This document shows positions 1 to 8,546 of a stretch of 64,000 bases of DNA, piece by piece. The stretch is from Vicinamibacterales bacterium. GTDB taxonomy: Bacteria; Acidobacteriota; Vicinamibacteria; Vicinamibacterales; UBA8438. The stretch is from NCBI GenBank assembly GCA_965247955.1, contig OZ252042.1, positions 2,032,323-2,096,322 on the forward strand. Reading direction: 5' to 3'. The stretch's first letter is position 1. Each line of letters opens with the position of its first letter. The notes under the pieces were generated by a model. That model saw only the letters and a program-made list of their open reading frames with translations, ran no database searches and was not told the origin of the DNA. The translations under genes and the position numbers were made by a program.

Positions 1-1
1 C

Positions 2-73
2 CGGCTGGAGCGGGCCGAGCAGGCGGCGGACAAGGCGCGGCAGCGGATGGTGGAGAAGGGGGCGGTGGCGTGA
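2..73 (+). CDS. 3' end of an upstream phage ORF (partial at window edge)
   Basis: Open frame from the window start (...RLERAEQAADKARQRMVEKGAVA*), stop TGA 71-73 overlapping the next GTG. Confidence 0.3.
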   Translation, partial: RLERAEQAADKARQRMVEKGAVA

Positions 74-234
74 GGCCGTTCCTCCTCGCCCTCCCCGAGG
101 ATGCCGATCTTGATCAGACGTGCCGTTTGGCGACGGCGCTGTTCAAGGCGCTGCCGGCACTCAATGGCGCGCTGCTGGCGGAGATGGCGTGCGTGGGCGT
201 GACGTTCCCGCCGGGTGACGTTGTGTCGGTCGTG

Positions 235-558
235 TCAGATGAACCCGAGCAGGGACGCCACCAGCCAGCCCAGACATCCAAGTCCGATCAGGTACAACAG
301 CACGCCGTGGGCGGTGAGCCGCCACGCCAGCCGTTCGATCCGAAAAATACCCTCGAAGTCAGGCTGACGAGCATAGCTGGCTGTGGGCTTCCAGCTGGCC
401 AGTTCCGCCAGGCCCCAGGACAGCGCGGCGAGCGCGGCGGCGATCACGAGGTCATCTCGCACGTTCGGAAGGTCCACGCTCAGAGTCGCCGTGAGGACCA
501 CGGCGGCGACCGCGATCATCGCCTGATACCACGTCAGCTGATTGAGTCTCTCAAGCAT
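235..558 (-). CDS. Small integral membrane protein, function unknown
   Basis: 107-aa ORF with several hydrophobic helices (AMIAVAAVVLTA..., VLLYLIGLGCLGWLVASLLGFI). The overlapping + frame is R/Q/G/H-rich and looks non-coding. Confidence 0.5.
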   Translation of the reverse strand: MLERLNQLTWYQAMIAVAAVVLTATLSVDLPNVRDDLVIAAALAALSWGLAELASWKPTASYARQPDFEGIFRIERLAWRLTAHGVLLYLIGLGCLGWLVASLLGFI

Positions 559-849
559 TGCGTTGTCGGCCTGTGGATTGTCTCACGGCAGGCAGCGGAG
601 CAGGCCCGTCAGAAGGTGCTCAAGCGGCCGGTGAAGGAAGTGGGAGGGGCGGCGTGAGCGGCTGGGCGTCGCTCGGACTACTCGTGCACTCCGCGCTGCT
701 CGTGTGCATGGCCTGGCGGTTGGGAAAGCTCATCGAAACAACGATTGAGCACGATGGCACCCTGGGCTGTCTGGTGGATGAGTTGCGTGATCTGGTGGAG
801 GGATTACGTCATGACCGAGCCGACGACCTGCCGCCGGATCCCGTCGGGG

Positions 850-1146
850 CTACTGGCCCTGAAGTTGTTGCCGTATTTCGTCCGCCCGTAACGATGCCTT
901 CTCCAGCAGATTCTCAGCAACCGCGATCACTTCAGTCTGAAGCGCATCGGAATCGTGTTGCGGAGGAATGCCCTGCGGGTAGTAAGGACCGCGCCGAATG
1001 AGTTCCATGATTTTATTTCTTGCTTGCTGGGCTTCGTCAGCGCTGCCGGTTGCCCACTTCTGGCCGTACAGGATTTCAAGCAGAAATTCATACACGGTGA
1101 GACGCGCATGGAGCCGTGTGATGCCTTCACGTGTGGTTTCTTCCAT
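850..1146 (-). CDS. Hypothetical protein (98 aa), divergent from the early operon
   Basis: Balanced amino-acid composition and locally lower GC. Divergently oriented to the 1276+ genes across a ~130-bp gap. Confidence 0.5.
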   Translation of the reverse strand: MEETTREGITRLHARLTVYEFLLEILYGQKWATGSADEAQQARNKIMELIRRGPYYPQGIPPQHDSDALQTEVIAVAENLLEKASLRADEIRQQLQGQ

Positions 1147-1275
1147 GAACTTCCTCCTGTCTGTGAACCGCGTTCAGGGGGATCGCGGGGCGGCTGTTCG
1201 AGCAGCCGTCTCGCACTCTACTCCACGGCTGTGGGCCGCGGATCAGGCCCGCCAGCAGGTACTAGGAGGGGCGGC

Positions 1276-1476
1276 GTGATGCCGGTCGTCGACACGAGCC
1301 GGGTGGCCTTCGAGCGGATCGCTCCGCGCCTCTCAACCCGCCAGCGCCTCATCCTATCCGCGTTGGAGACCTGGGGGGGGGCACCGCCGACCGCGTACGA
1401 GTTATTCGCTTGCCTGCGTGCCCAGGGTGTGGTGCGCGACCTGAACGACGTGCGCCCGGCGTCGGCCGTCGCGTGA
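1276..1476 (+). CDS. Small winged-helix DNA-binding-like protein; ends at a TGA that is in frame with the next ORF
   Basis: RBS aggagggg then GTG/ATG 1276/1279. Motif ...SALETWGGAPPTAYELFACLRAQGVVRDLNDVRPA... resembles wHTH regulators. TGA 1474-1476 interrupts where helix 3 and the wing would continue (GAAPAGGTGRQSSW). Confidence 0.45.
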   Translation: MMPVVDTSRVAFERIAPRLSTRQRLILSALETWGGAPPTAYELFACLRAQGVVRDLNDVRPASAVA

Positions 1477-1569
1477 GGAGCAGCGCCTGCAGGCGGAACA
1501 GGACGCCAGTCGTCGTGGACCGAGCGCGCTCGCCCGGTGGCTCCCGCCGACGGAGGCACGGAAGTTCGC

Positions 1570-1725
1570 ATGATCGAGACACTGCTCTGGGGCTTGATCG
1601 GGTTCGCGCTGGGGGGGCTGGCCGCGCTGGCACGGCTGAGCGCCGTGCGTGCTGCGCATTCCGCGGACCGCGTCTCCCCACGGACGCTCGCACGGCTCCG
1701 GCAGGCTCAGGAGGAGGACAGATGA
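1570..1725 (+). CDS. Small single-pass membrane protein
   Basis: ATG 1570, MIETLLWGLIGFALGGLAALARL... Stop overlaps the next ATG (ATGA at 1722-1725). Confidence 0.35.
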   Translation: MIETLLWGLIGFALGGLAALARLSAVRAAHSADRVSPRTLARLRQAQEEDR

Positions 1726-2549
1726 CGACCCTGGTCGCACAACCGGAGGAGATCCGGAGACACAAAAAGAGCCTCGGCGACCACCGAGGCTCGACCACCC
1801 AGAAAGGCGGTACAGCAATGACGAGTGCCAGTGTAGCAAATCGTCCGGTGGACACGCCACTGGACTCGGCTCCGAAGAAGGGCCCGTGGGCCGTCGGGGC
1901 CGAGTCCGACGAGCGCATGGCGATCATCGCGGATGCCCTGAATCGGTGTGACGACGGGCCGGCGCGTTCGAACACGGACACGGCGATCAGCACGCAGTGG
2001 GCGACCCGGGCCTACGTGGCGACGCGGTTCGATGGGCCCTATGCCCACGCGGAGGCGGTCGCCCGGTATCGGGCCGTGGCGGCGGCGCAGGCGAAGGCGG
2101 CGGACGACCGAGGCGCACTCAGTGAGGCGGATCGCCACTTGGTTGCGCTGATCGCGCTCCGCAGTCTCGACACCTACCACCAGAGCCTAGAAGGGCTGCA
2201 TGGTCCTCCGGGGGGCGACACCCGCACGTGGCAGGCGATGGATGCGGCGCGGCAGGCGCCGGTCGTCCGCGCGGATCTGGAGCACGCGTGGTACCACCTC
2301 GTGCACTACGACAGGTCTGGCGCCCTCACCGGTCGGCAGGTGCTCTGCCCGTCCTGTTACGAGCAGGCGCGGATCGACGCCGAGGCGCGCGGCGAAGCTC
2401 TGCCACGTCTCCGGCCTGGTCGTGCCACGTCGCACCCGACGGCGCCGGTGGTGGTGCGTCGGATTGACGCACCGGCGCAGATCCGGGACTACGAGCGGCG
2501 GCGCGCCTGTGATCGGTGTGGCCCGCATGTGAGGGGGGAGGTGGGCTAA
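1722..2549 (+). CDS. Hypothetical phage early protein with C-terminal Cys pairs (alternative start ATG 1818)
   Basis: RBS gaggagga plus ATG 1722. CPSCY...CDRCG motif. The hairpin at 1769-1792 lies inside the 5' end, so the 1818 start is also possible. Confidence 0.5.
   Translation: MTTLVAQPEEIRRHKKSLGDHRGSTTQKGGTAMTSASVANRPVDTPLDSAPKKGPWAVGAESDERMAIIADALNRCDDGPARSNTDTAISTQWATRAYVATRFDGPYAHAEAVARYRAVAAAQAKAADDRGALSEADRHLVALIALRSLDTYHQSLEGLHGPPGGDTRTWQAMDAARQAPVVRADLEHAWYHLVHYDRSGALTGRQVLCPSCYEQARIDAEARGEALPRLRPGRATSHPTAPVVVRRIDAPAQIRDYERRRACDRCGPHVRGEVG
1761..1792 (-). terminator. Rho-independent-terminator-like hairpin, U-tract on the minus strand
   Basis: Perfect 9-bp stem gagcctcgg/ccgaggctc (1769-1777/1784-1792) with a 6-nt loop. 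The A5 run 1764-1768 gives TTTTT after the stem on the minus strand. Confidence 0.4.
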
Positions 2550-3064
2550 TGGCGATCATCGCGAAAAAACCGGAGAGCACCTTCACGCCGTGCCCCGAAG
2601 GGCTTCATCACGCCGTCTGTGTGGACGTGATCGATCTCGGCGTGCTGCAAACCACCTGGGGCGACAAGCACAAGGTGCGGATCGTCTGGCAGGTGGAAGA
2701 GGAGAACACGGCCACCGGGCGACGGTTCGACGCGCGCAAGCACTACAACTTGTCGCTGCATGACAAGGCGTCCCTGCGGAAGGACCTGGAATCGTGGCGG
2801 GGCCGGAAGTTCTCGCCCGACGAGCTCACGGGGTTCGATCTGGAGCAGCTGATTGCGGCGAACTGTCAGGTCCAGGTCGTGCAGAACATCACGGACGAGG
2901 CGAAGGTGTACGCGAACGTGCAGGCGCTCGTCCCGCCGCCCAAGGGGACGCCCAAGTTGGTGCCGCTGGACTACACGCGGGTCACGGACCGCCCGACCGA
3001 CTCGGGCCAGGGGCAGGGCGGGGCGGGTGGAGGGGGCGACGAGCTCGACTCGGTCCCATTCTGA
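2549..3064 (+). CDS. Phage single-strand-DNA-binding-like protein
   Basis: Start overlaps the previous stop (TAATG). Gly-rich linker GQGQGGAGGGG followed by acidic tip DELDSVPF, like the SSB C-terminal D-D-D-I-P-F tail. Confidence 0.55.
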   Translation: MAIIAKKPESTFTPCPEGLHHAVCVDVIDLGVLQTTWGDKHKVRIVWQVEEENTATGRRFDARKHYNLSLHDKASLRKDLESWRGRKFSPDELTGFDLEQLIAANCQVQVVQNITDEAKVYANVQALVPPPKGTPKLVPLDYTRVTDRPTDSGQGQGGAGGGGDELDSVPF

Positions 3065-3066
3065 TC

Positions 3067-3938
3067 ATGGCACTCAGGACGCCAGCTCGGGGCCCGGCAC
3101 AACAGTTCGACACTCGTGTCGCGCGCGCGGTCGCCACGGCGGAGGGTCGGCGCGTGGATGGGCCACTTGGCCGCTTCTATACAGTGGACGGCGAGCTGTT
3201 CCCGTCCGTCACCCACGGCTTGAGCTGCATCAACAAGCCGGCGTTGGTCAACTGGGCGGCGACTCAGGAACGGACACTGGTGACGGCGGCGGCGGCGGAT
3301 CTGTATCTCGACCTGGTGAAGCCCCCCCCATGTCGCACCCGGCGTATGTCACCACGTTGCAGACACGCATCGGGAAGGAGAAAGCCCACAAGCGCGCGCT
3401 CACGAAGGCGGCGGACATCGGCACGCAGGTCCACGCCCTGATCGAGTGGAACCTGCGGCGCTCGCTGGGCCAGGAAGTCGGCCCGTTCCCCCGTGTGGTG
3501 GACGACGCGCAGTGGGCCTTTATGGCGTTCGAGGACTGGGCGACGTCCGTCTCCCTGAAACCGCTCCTCATTGAGCAGACCGTGTTCTCCCGGACGCATC
3601 GGTTCGCCGGCACGATGGATCTCTTGGCCGAGGTGAACGGGGTGCCGACGCTGGTGGACGTGAAGACCGGCAAGGCCGTCTACCGGGAGGCGCATCTGCA
3701 GAACGTGGCGTATCAGGTCGCGCTCGACGAGATGGGACACGGGGCGCCGGCGGCCGGGTGCATCGTGCGGCTGCCGAAGGTGCACACCGATCCCGCGTTT
3801 GAGGTCGTGGCGTCGCCGCCACGCGCCGAGCTCTTCCCGTCGTTCCTGGCGGTGCTCGAGGTGTGGCGCTGGTGGCATGAGGGTGAGCGCGAGTATCAGG
3901 CGCGCCGGCCGGGCGCGACGGCGGCGGGGGCGCGCTGA
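3067..3938 (+). pseudogene. PD-(D/E)XK (RecB/Cas4-like) exonuclease split by a frameshift at a C8 run
   Basis: N-terminus in frame 1 (MALRTP...DLYLDLVKPPP). C-terminus in frame 0 with D...VDVKTGK...QxxxY motifs (TMDLLAEV...LVDVKTGKAVYREAHLQNVAYQ). The frames switch at cccccccc 3322-3329. Confidence 0.65.
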
Positions 3939-3978
3939 CAGGGTGAGGCCCGATGATCCAAAGGACGGTGGCGACGGC

Positions 3979-4872
3979 GTGACGACACTGGTGCGGCGGG
4001 ACGCCACGGATCTAACGCACTACACCCCGGCGAAGGGGTTACAGCGGGTGGCCGTCTATGAAGCGGCGGAGCAGCACTACGCGCGAGCGAAGGACGTCAC
4101 CAAGCTAGAACAGGCCATCAGGGCCAAGCTGGAGGCCCAGGTGGCATTTGTTTACTGGTGGGACAGTGCCGGGCCTGGCTCAACTCGCGGGCGGCCTCAG
4201 AAAAAAGGTTTCAGGTCTGAAACATTTTCTCAGCGAGCAGGCACGCACGGTCTCCCGAATCGCCTCACGATCCATCGCTGGCGCCGCAAACTGAACGATC
4301 CCGCCGCCTTCGAGCGCACCTACACGCAGGCCGTCGAGCGGGCGCGACGGTTGTGTGAAGCGACGGCGACGGCGCACGTCGCCCAGAACAGCGGTGAGCA
4401 CGAGTGGTACACGCCGCGGGACTACATCGAGGCGGCCCGCGCGGTGATGGGCGGGATTGATTGCGATCCCGCGTCCTCGGCGTCGGCGAACGCGATCGTC
4501 CAGGCCACCCAGTTCTACACCCGTGACGACGATGGCCTTGTGCAGCCCTGGCAGGGCCGCGTCTGGATGAACCCGCCGTACGCGCATCTGCTGGTGGATC
4601 AGTTTTGCGAACGCCTCGCCGCGCATGTGTCCACCGGCACGGTGCCCGAGGCCGTCGTGCTGGTGAACAACGCGACGGAGACGCGCTGGTTCGCGCGGCT
4701 CGCGGCCGTGGCAGCGGCGATCTGTTTTCCCCTGGGGCGGGTGCGGTTTTGGAGCCCCGGCCACGACCCGGCGGCGCCGCTCCAGGGACAGGCCGTCGTC
4801 TATGTCGGCGCGCACATCACGCCGTTCCTGCGGGAGTTCGGGGCGTTTGGGCTCGTGGTGACGGTGGCATGA
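3979..4872 (+). CDS. Phage DNA N6-adenine methyltransferase (Dam-like)
   Basis: EWYTPRDYIEAAR...IDCDPAS...VWMNPPY motif set typical of phage Dam-family MTases. The GTG start is uncertain. Confidence 0.75.
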   Translation: MTTLVRRDATDLTHYTPAKGLQRVAVYEAAEQHYARAKDVTKLEQAIRAKLEAQVAFVYWWDSAGPGSTRGRPQKKGFRSETFSQRAGTHGLPNRLTIHRWRRKLNDPAAFERTYTQAVERARRLCEATATAHVAQNSGEHEWYTPRDYIEAARAVMGGIDCDPASSASANAIVQATQFYTRDDDGLVQPWQGRVWMNPPYAHLLVDQFCERLAAHVSTGTVPEAVVLVNNATETRWFARLAAVAAAICFPLGRVRFWSPGHDPAAPLQGQAVVYVGAHITPFLREFGAFGLVVTVA

Positions 4873-5276
4873 CGCAGCTCCGCAAGCACCGCGACGCGAT
4901 CTCTAACTACTTCGACCGGCTCGAACGTGGCATCGGGAAGCGCGGCAGCACGTTCACCGATGTGGATGCCGTCAGTCACGACGGAGACACGGGACGGTTT
5001 CTGTTTCGAGAGTTCAAGCAGGATGGCGAACGGCTCGATCCGGCGCAGCGGTGGGTGCTGCACGAGCTCGCGCACCTGCCCAGGTGCACGGTGTGGTTTG
5101 TGCGGAAGCGAGACGATGGGCGGATCGGCTGGGCGGTGTTTGGCTCGGGCCGTCGCGAAGAGGCGATTACGGAAGCCGACTACCGGCGGCGCTTGCAGGG
5201 CTGGTGGGACAACCAGCCGCCTGCGGTGCCCGTGGCGCACCGGGGCGAACTGGCCGCGTCGGAGATCGCCTGGTGA
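4869..5276 (+). CDS. Hypothetical phage protein
   Basis: ATGA overlap with the upstream gene. 135 aa with coding-like composition. Confidence 0.5.
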   Translation: MTQLRKHRDAISNYFDRLERGIGKRGSTFTDVDAVSHDGDTGRFLFREFKQDGERLDPAQRWVLHELAHLPRCTVWFVRKRDDGRIGWAVFGSGRREEAITEADYRRRLQGWWDNQPPAVPVAHRGELAASEIAW

Positions 5277-5308
5277 GTGGCGCCCGGAGCATCCAATCAG
5301 AGTGAACG

Positions 5309-6327
5309 ATGCCGGCTGATCGACTCACCCACCCCCGGATCGGACGGTCACGGAAGGTGATCACCCTCACCGACTTTGAGTTTCGGGTCTGGGACACCTA
5401 CCGGTGGGTGGCCGACGATTTTGGCGTGATGCCGAAATCCGCCGTCACGCTGCGGGGTGAGAACGACGCGCTGCGCGACCAGCACACCGACGCGGAGGTC
5501 GCCGCGGCGGTGCAGCGGTTGATCGACGTGGATCTGATCGTGGAATTTGATCATCAAGGCGCGCCCTTTGTGTGTTCGCTGACCTGGAACGAGCATCAAA
5601 AGATCACGTATCCGCGGCAGACGCACCTCCCCGCACCACCGCCGCAACTCGTAGACCGCATGGAGGTTACCGAGCGGAAGTTTTTTCGAAAATTTCATAA
5701 ATTTTTCAAAAAATCTCGCGCCTCGCGCGCGCGGGCGGGCGGGAAACGGCTAACGCTAACGGCTAAGGCTAACGCTAACGCTACGGGGGAAGAGTCTGAG
5801 AAGGGGGACCGGCTTCGACGCGCCCCGAGTCGCGGGCGTCAGCGCCGCGGCGACCTTCAGGCGAACTTCGAGCGATTCTGGCAGGCCTATCCGTGCAAAA
5901 TCGGCAAAGACGCAGCTCTCCGGGAGTTTCGGACACTCCGACCTGACAACGATTTGACCGACCGGATGATCACCGCCGTCGAGGCGCAACGGGCGTCCGC
6001 GCAGTGGCGCAAAGACGGCGGGGAGTTCATTCCACATCCGCGCACGTGGCTGCATCAGGGGCGGTGGAAGGACGAGGGCGTGCCCCTCTCCGCGACCAAT
6101 ACCCCGGTCGACCTCAAGCGTCTCCTGTGGCGCACTCTGGGACGCGATGGCCGGGGGTGTGGCTGGAGGCGGCCTCGGTCACGCGGACCGGGGCGACCGT
6201 GCGGCTCAAGACGACTACGCCCGACAAGCTCGCGCCGTATCACGACGCGCTGCTGGAGGCGGTGCGCGAGGAGCTGGGTGGCGACGTCGAGCTCGCCATC
6301 GTGGCGGCTGAGGCGGGTGGGGCGTAA
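5309..6327 (+). pseudogene. Phage replication-initiation-like protein, apparent 1-nt deletion in a G5 run
   Basis: FERFWQAYPCKIGKDAALREF...IPHPRTWLHQGRWKDE motif common in phage replication proteins. The C-terminal DnaA-domain-I-like segment (VWLEAASV...VRLKTTTPDKLAPYHDALLEAVREELG..VELAI) is in another frame. The switch is consistent with ggggg 6153-6157. Confidence 0.5.
5679..5785. promoter_or_regulatory. Candidate phage origin of replication inside the replication gene
   Basis: AT-rich tract aagttttttcgaaaatttcataaatttttcaaaaaatc, then a (CG)n/GC block, then about six tandem GCTAAC-type hexamers (5748-5783). Confidence 0.45.
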
Positions 6328-6548
6328 TGGCGTGTGCCACGGGGACCTGCACGCATCCGCTGGGCCCGACGAGGTGTCCTGTCTGCCGGTGGGCGTATGG
6401 GCCGGTCGTCGGCCACCACACGCCGGAGGACGACACGCGGCGGGTGCGCAACGTGACGCGCGACGGGGCACCGCGATTGGCGGGTGAGCGGACACGGACA
6501 GGCACTGCGTCCAAGCGGCGGGTCGGGCCGAGAGGACTCGCACGATGA
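6327..6548 (+). CDS. Small Cys-rich hypothetical protein
   Basis: TAATG overlap with the upstream gene. MACATGTCTHPLGPTRCPVCRW... The downstream part is R-rich, so the extent is uncertain. Confidence 0.3.
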   Translation: MACATGTCTHPLGPTRCPVCRWAYGPVVGHHTPEDDTRRVRNVTRDGAPRLAGERTRTGTASKRRVGPRGLAR

Positions 6549-6787
6549 CGACGACGAGGCGCCGTCGCCCCGTGCGCCAGCCGAAGCCGTTCGTCCTGAC
6601 GCCGAAGGCGACGCCCCCGCGGGAGTCCTAGTGGGTGGGGGTGCCTCGCGCCCAGTGGCGGGCGGCGGTGGCGGCACACGCGCAGCGCTGGCGCCGGACA
6701 GAAACCACCACGCCGCCGCCGGGGGTGTAACCGACGTGCGGTTCCGGACGAGCTGGTAGGCAGAGGCACCCGGATCAAGGAGGCGTC

Positions 6788-7006
6788 ATGTGGAATCACC
6801 AGAAGGGGTACATGAAAGAGATTCCCCTGGCCGGCGGGGTGCTGAGCGTCATGGGGACGTTTAATCCGCTGGACCTCGTCGGCGACGAGCGCACCCTGGT
6901 CTTTGCCATGGTGGATCTCCTGCTCGCGTTCGAGCGCGCGCAGCCGCACCCCGTGGGAGCCGATGGGGAGCGGGCGAGAGAAGCGACATCGGAGGACGAG
7001 GGGTAG
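6788..7006 (+). CDS. Hypothetical phage protein
   Basis: Strong RBS aaggagg 6 nt upstream of ATG 6788. Abuts the next ATG. Confidence 0.5.
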   Translation: MWNHQKGYMKEIPLAGGVLSVMGTFNPLDLVGDERTLVFAMVDLLLAFERAQPHPVGADGERAREATSEDEG

Positions 7007-7318
7007 ATGCCGCGCCGCGCCCCACGTCTCGACGCGAACCAGGACGTGATTGTCAACGTGCTCTGCGCGGTGCCGGACGTGTCGGTCTTCTCGCTCGCGG
7101 GCGTGGCGGCGGGCTGTCCGGATCTGCTCGTGGGGATCAAGGGCGTGACGCATCTGGTCGAAGTCAAGGACGGGGCGAAGCCGCCCTCGCGCCGCACGTG
7201 CACGCCGGAGCAGCAGCGGTGGATGGAGCGGTGGCACGGCGCGCCGGTGGTCGTGCTCACGGACGCACAGACGGCGCAGGACTGGGCTGAGCAACACAGG
7301 AACAGGAGAGACGCATGA
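7007..7318 (+). CDS. VRR-NUC-type (PD-(D/E)XK) nuclease
   Basis: ...GCPDLLVGIKGVTHLVEVKDG...TPEQQRWMERWHGAPVVVL matches the VRR-NUC D...E-x-K...Q..W pattern. Confidence 0.65.
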   Translation: MPRRAPRLDANQDVIVNVLCAVPDVSVFSLAGVAAGCPDLLVGIKGVTHLVEVKDGAKPPSRRTCTPEQQRWMERWHGAPVVVLTDAQTAQDWAEQHRNRRDA

Positions 7319-7555
7319 TCGCACTGGGACAACAGGTCATTGATCCGCTCACGGGTTTTACCGGCATCGTCACGTGCCGCTCCGAGTACCTCCACGGATG
7401 CGTCAGGCTGTGCGTGCAGCCCCGCTCGCGCCACAACGGAAAAATAGTCGACGGGGGAGTGGTTCGACGAAGCGCGACTCGAAGACACGAGCCTCGCCGC
7501 CACGGCGCCGGCCACCGGTGGCGGTCCCGCGCGGCCTGTCGATTCGTTCAGATGA
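7315..7555 (+). pseudogene. Small conserved phage protein with a 1-nt insertion in a G5 run
   Basis: MIALGQQVIDPLTGFTGIVTCRSEYLHGCVRLCVQP...GKIVDG continues as EWFDEARLEDTS... only if one G of 7453-7457 is removed. Confidence 0.5.
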
Positions 7556-7713
7556 GGTGCGTCTGGGGCTGCGCTGTCGATGCATGCCCGCCTACGACAA
7601 CGAGCACGAGCCGTATGCGGCGCAGTGGCTCACTCGGCGGCGCGGGCGTGGGTGGGGCGGCAGACGCAGTAGCCACGATGTAGCCACGATGTAGCCACTA
7701 ATAGGAGCACACG

Positions 7714-7911
7714 ATGCAGACGAGCCGGTACTACCTGAAGCATACGGCCGAGCCATTTGTCTACGCCGTTGAAGCGGATGACGAGGGCACGCTTCTCAAC
7801 GCGCTCGACGTGAGCGACGAGCACGAGCAGGGCGGGCTCTGCCCGCACATGCCGCAGGTCGCGGCGGTTTTCATCTGGGCCTATCGAGAGGTTGTGACGA
7901 TATGGCGATGA
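7714..7911 (+). CDS. Hypothetical phage protein
   Basis: RBS taggag upstream of ATG 7714; 65 aa. Confidence 0.45.
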   Translation: MQTSRYYLKHTAEPFVYAVEADDEGTLLNALDVSDEHEQGGLCPHMPQVAAVFIWAYREVVTIWR

Positions 7912-8009
7912 CTCCCGACCCGAACTGGTACGGCGTGGTCTTCATCCTGCTCGTCGGGATCGCGTGGGTGCTGCTCTTCGGACGATATGCCGATGACGAC
8001 CCGGAATGA
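7902..8009 (+). CDS. Very small membrane peptide (35 aa)
   Basis: MAMTPDPNWYGVVFILLVGIAWVLLFGRY... single TM. Not in the ORF track because it is under 60 aa. Confidence 0.3.
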   Translation: MAMTPDPNWYGVVFILLVGIAWVLLFGRYADDDPE

Positions 8010-8355
8010 GCCGACGATACGGCGCGATCTGTTCGTGTATCTCTCGGGGCCGATGACGGCGGCGCACGGGTACCGCGTCGAAGACACCGTGGCGGCTGGC
8101 GTGCGGGTGTTCTTCGACTGTGTCGCGCGGGGCATCCCGGCGTTTAGCCCGCACGCGATCGGCGCATTTCCCTCGACGTGGGCGATCGCCCGGCCGCACT
8201 GGTTGGCGTACGACTGTGCCGTGATCGATCGCTGCACGCACGTCCTGCTGCTGCCGCGCTGGGAGACGAGCGTGGGCGCGGTGGCCGAGCGGGCGTATGC
8301 GCTGCGCATCGGCACGCCGGTCATCACGTCCCTGGAGGAGCTGGAGGCGACGTGA
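7987..8355 (+). CDS. Nucleoside 2-deoxyribosyltransferase-like phage protein (DUF4406-like)
   Basis: VYLSGPMT... N-terminal motif and ...LLLPRWETSVGAVAERAYALRIGTPV C-terminal motif. Confidence 0.55.
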   Translation: MPMTTRNEPTIRRDLFVYLSGPMTAAHGYRVEDTVAAGVRVFFDCVARGIPAFSPHAIGAFPSTWAIARPHWLAYDCAVIDRCTHVLLLPRWETSVGAVAERAYALRIGTPVITSLEELEAT

Positions 8356-8546
8356 GGGGAAAGAAGCGGCGGCACAAACGTGAAGTGTCAGGCTCGGCAT
8401 AACCGCTGGCAGTGCGCGACGAGGATTCTCCGTTCGGCATCGACAAGTGGCTGTGCGCCATGTGGCTCGTCGTGAACTGCAAGAACGGTGTAAGCTCCGA
8501 TTTATGCACCGGCACGGGCGTAGGGTGCCGGGCTGTTGTTGTTGAC

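Noticed and set aside
70-657. 195-aa plus-strand ORF from the track
   Set aside because: Only the first ~55 codons look coding. The rest is R/Q/G/H-rich and antisense to a convincing membrane-protein ORF (235-558, minus strand). Possibly a short gene truncated by that insert; not called.
558-1001. Plus-strand ORF (possible GTG 654 start, small TM protein VSGWASLGLLVHSALLVCMAWRLGK...)
   Set aside because: Its 3' third overlaps the better-looking minus-strand ORF 850-1146 and becomes P/R/S-rich. It could be a real short gene with an unclear end, but the support is insufficient.
5748-5783. Hexamer repeats, the 10-bp repeat at 22101-22142 and the palindromes at 13741-13852, considered as a CRISPR array
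   Set aside because: There is no repeat-spacer periodicity of 25-40 bp units, the repeats are too short and contiguous, and there are no cas genes.
6545-6760. Short ORFs (MTTTRRRRPVRQPKPFVLTPKATPPRES; ...VPRAQWRAAVAAHAQRWRRTETTTPPPGV)
   Set aside because: Each is under 35 codons with highly biased composition and no motif. They may be pieces of another frameshifted small gene, but that is not demonstrable.
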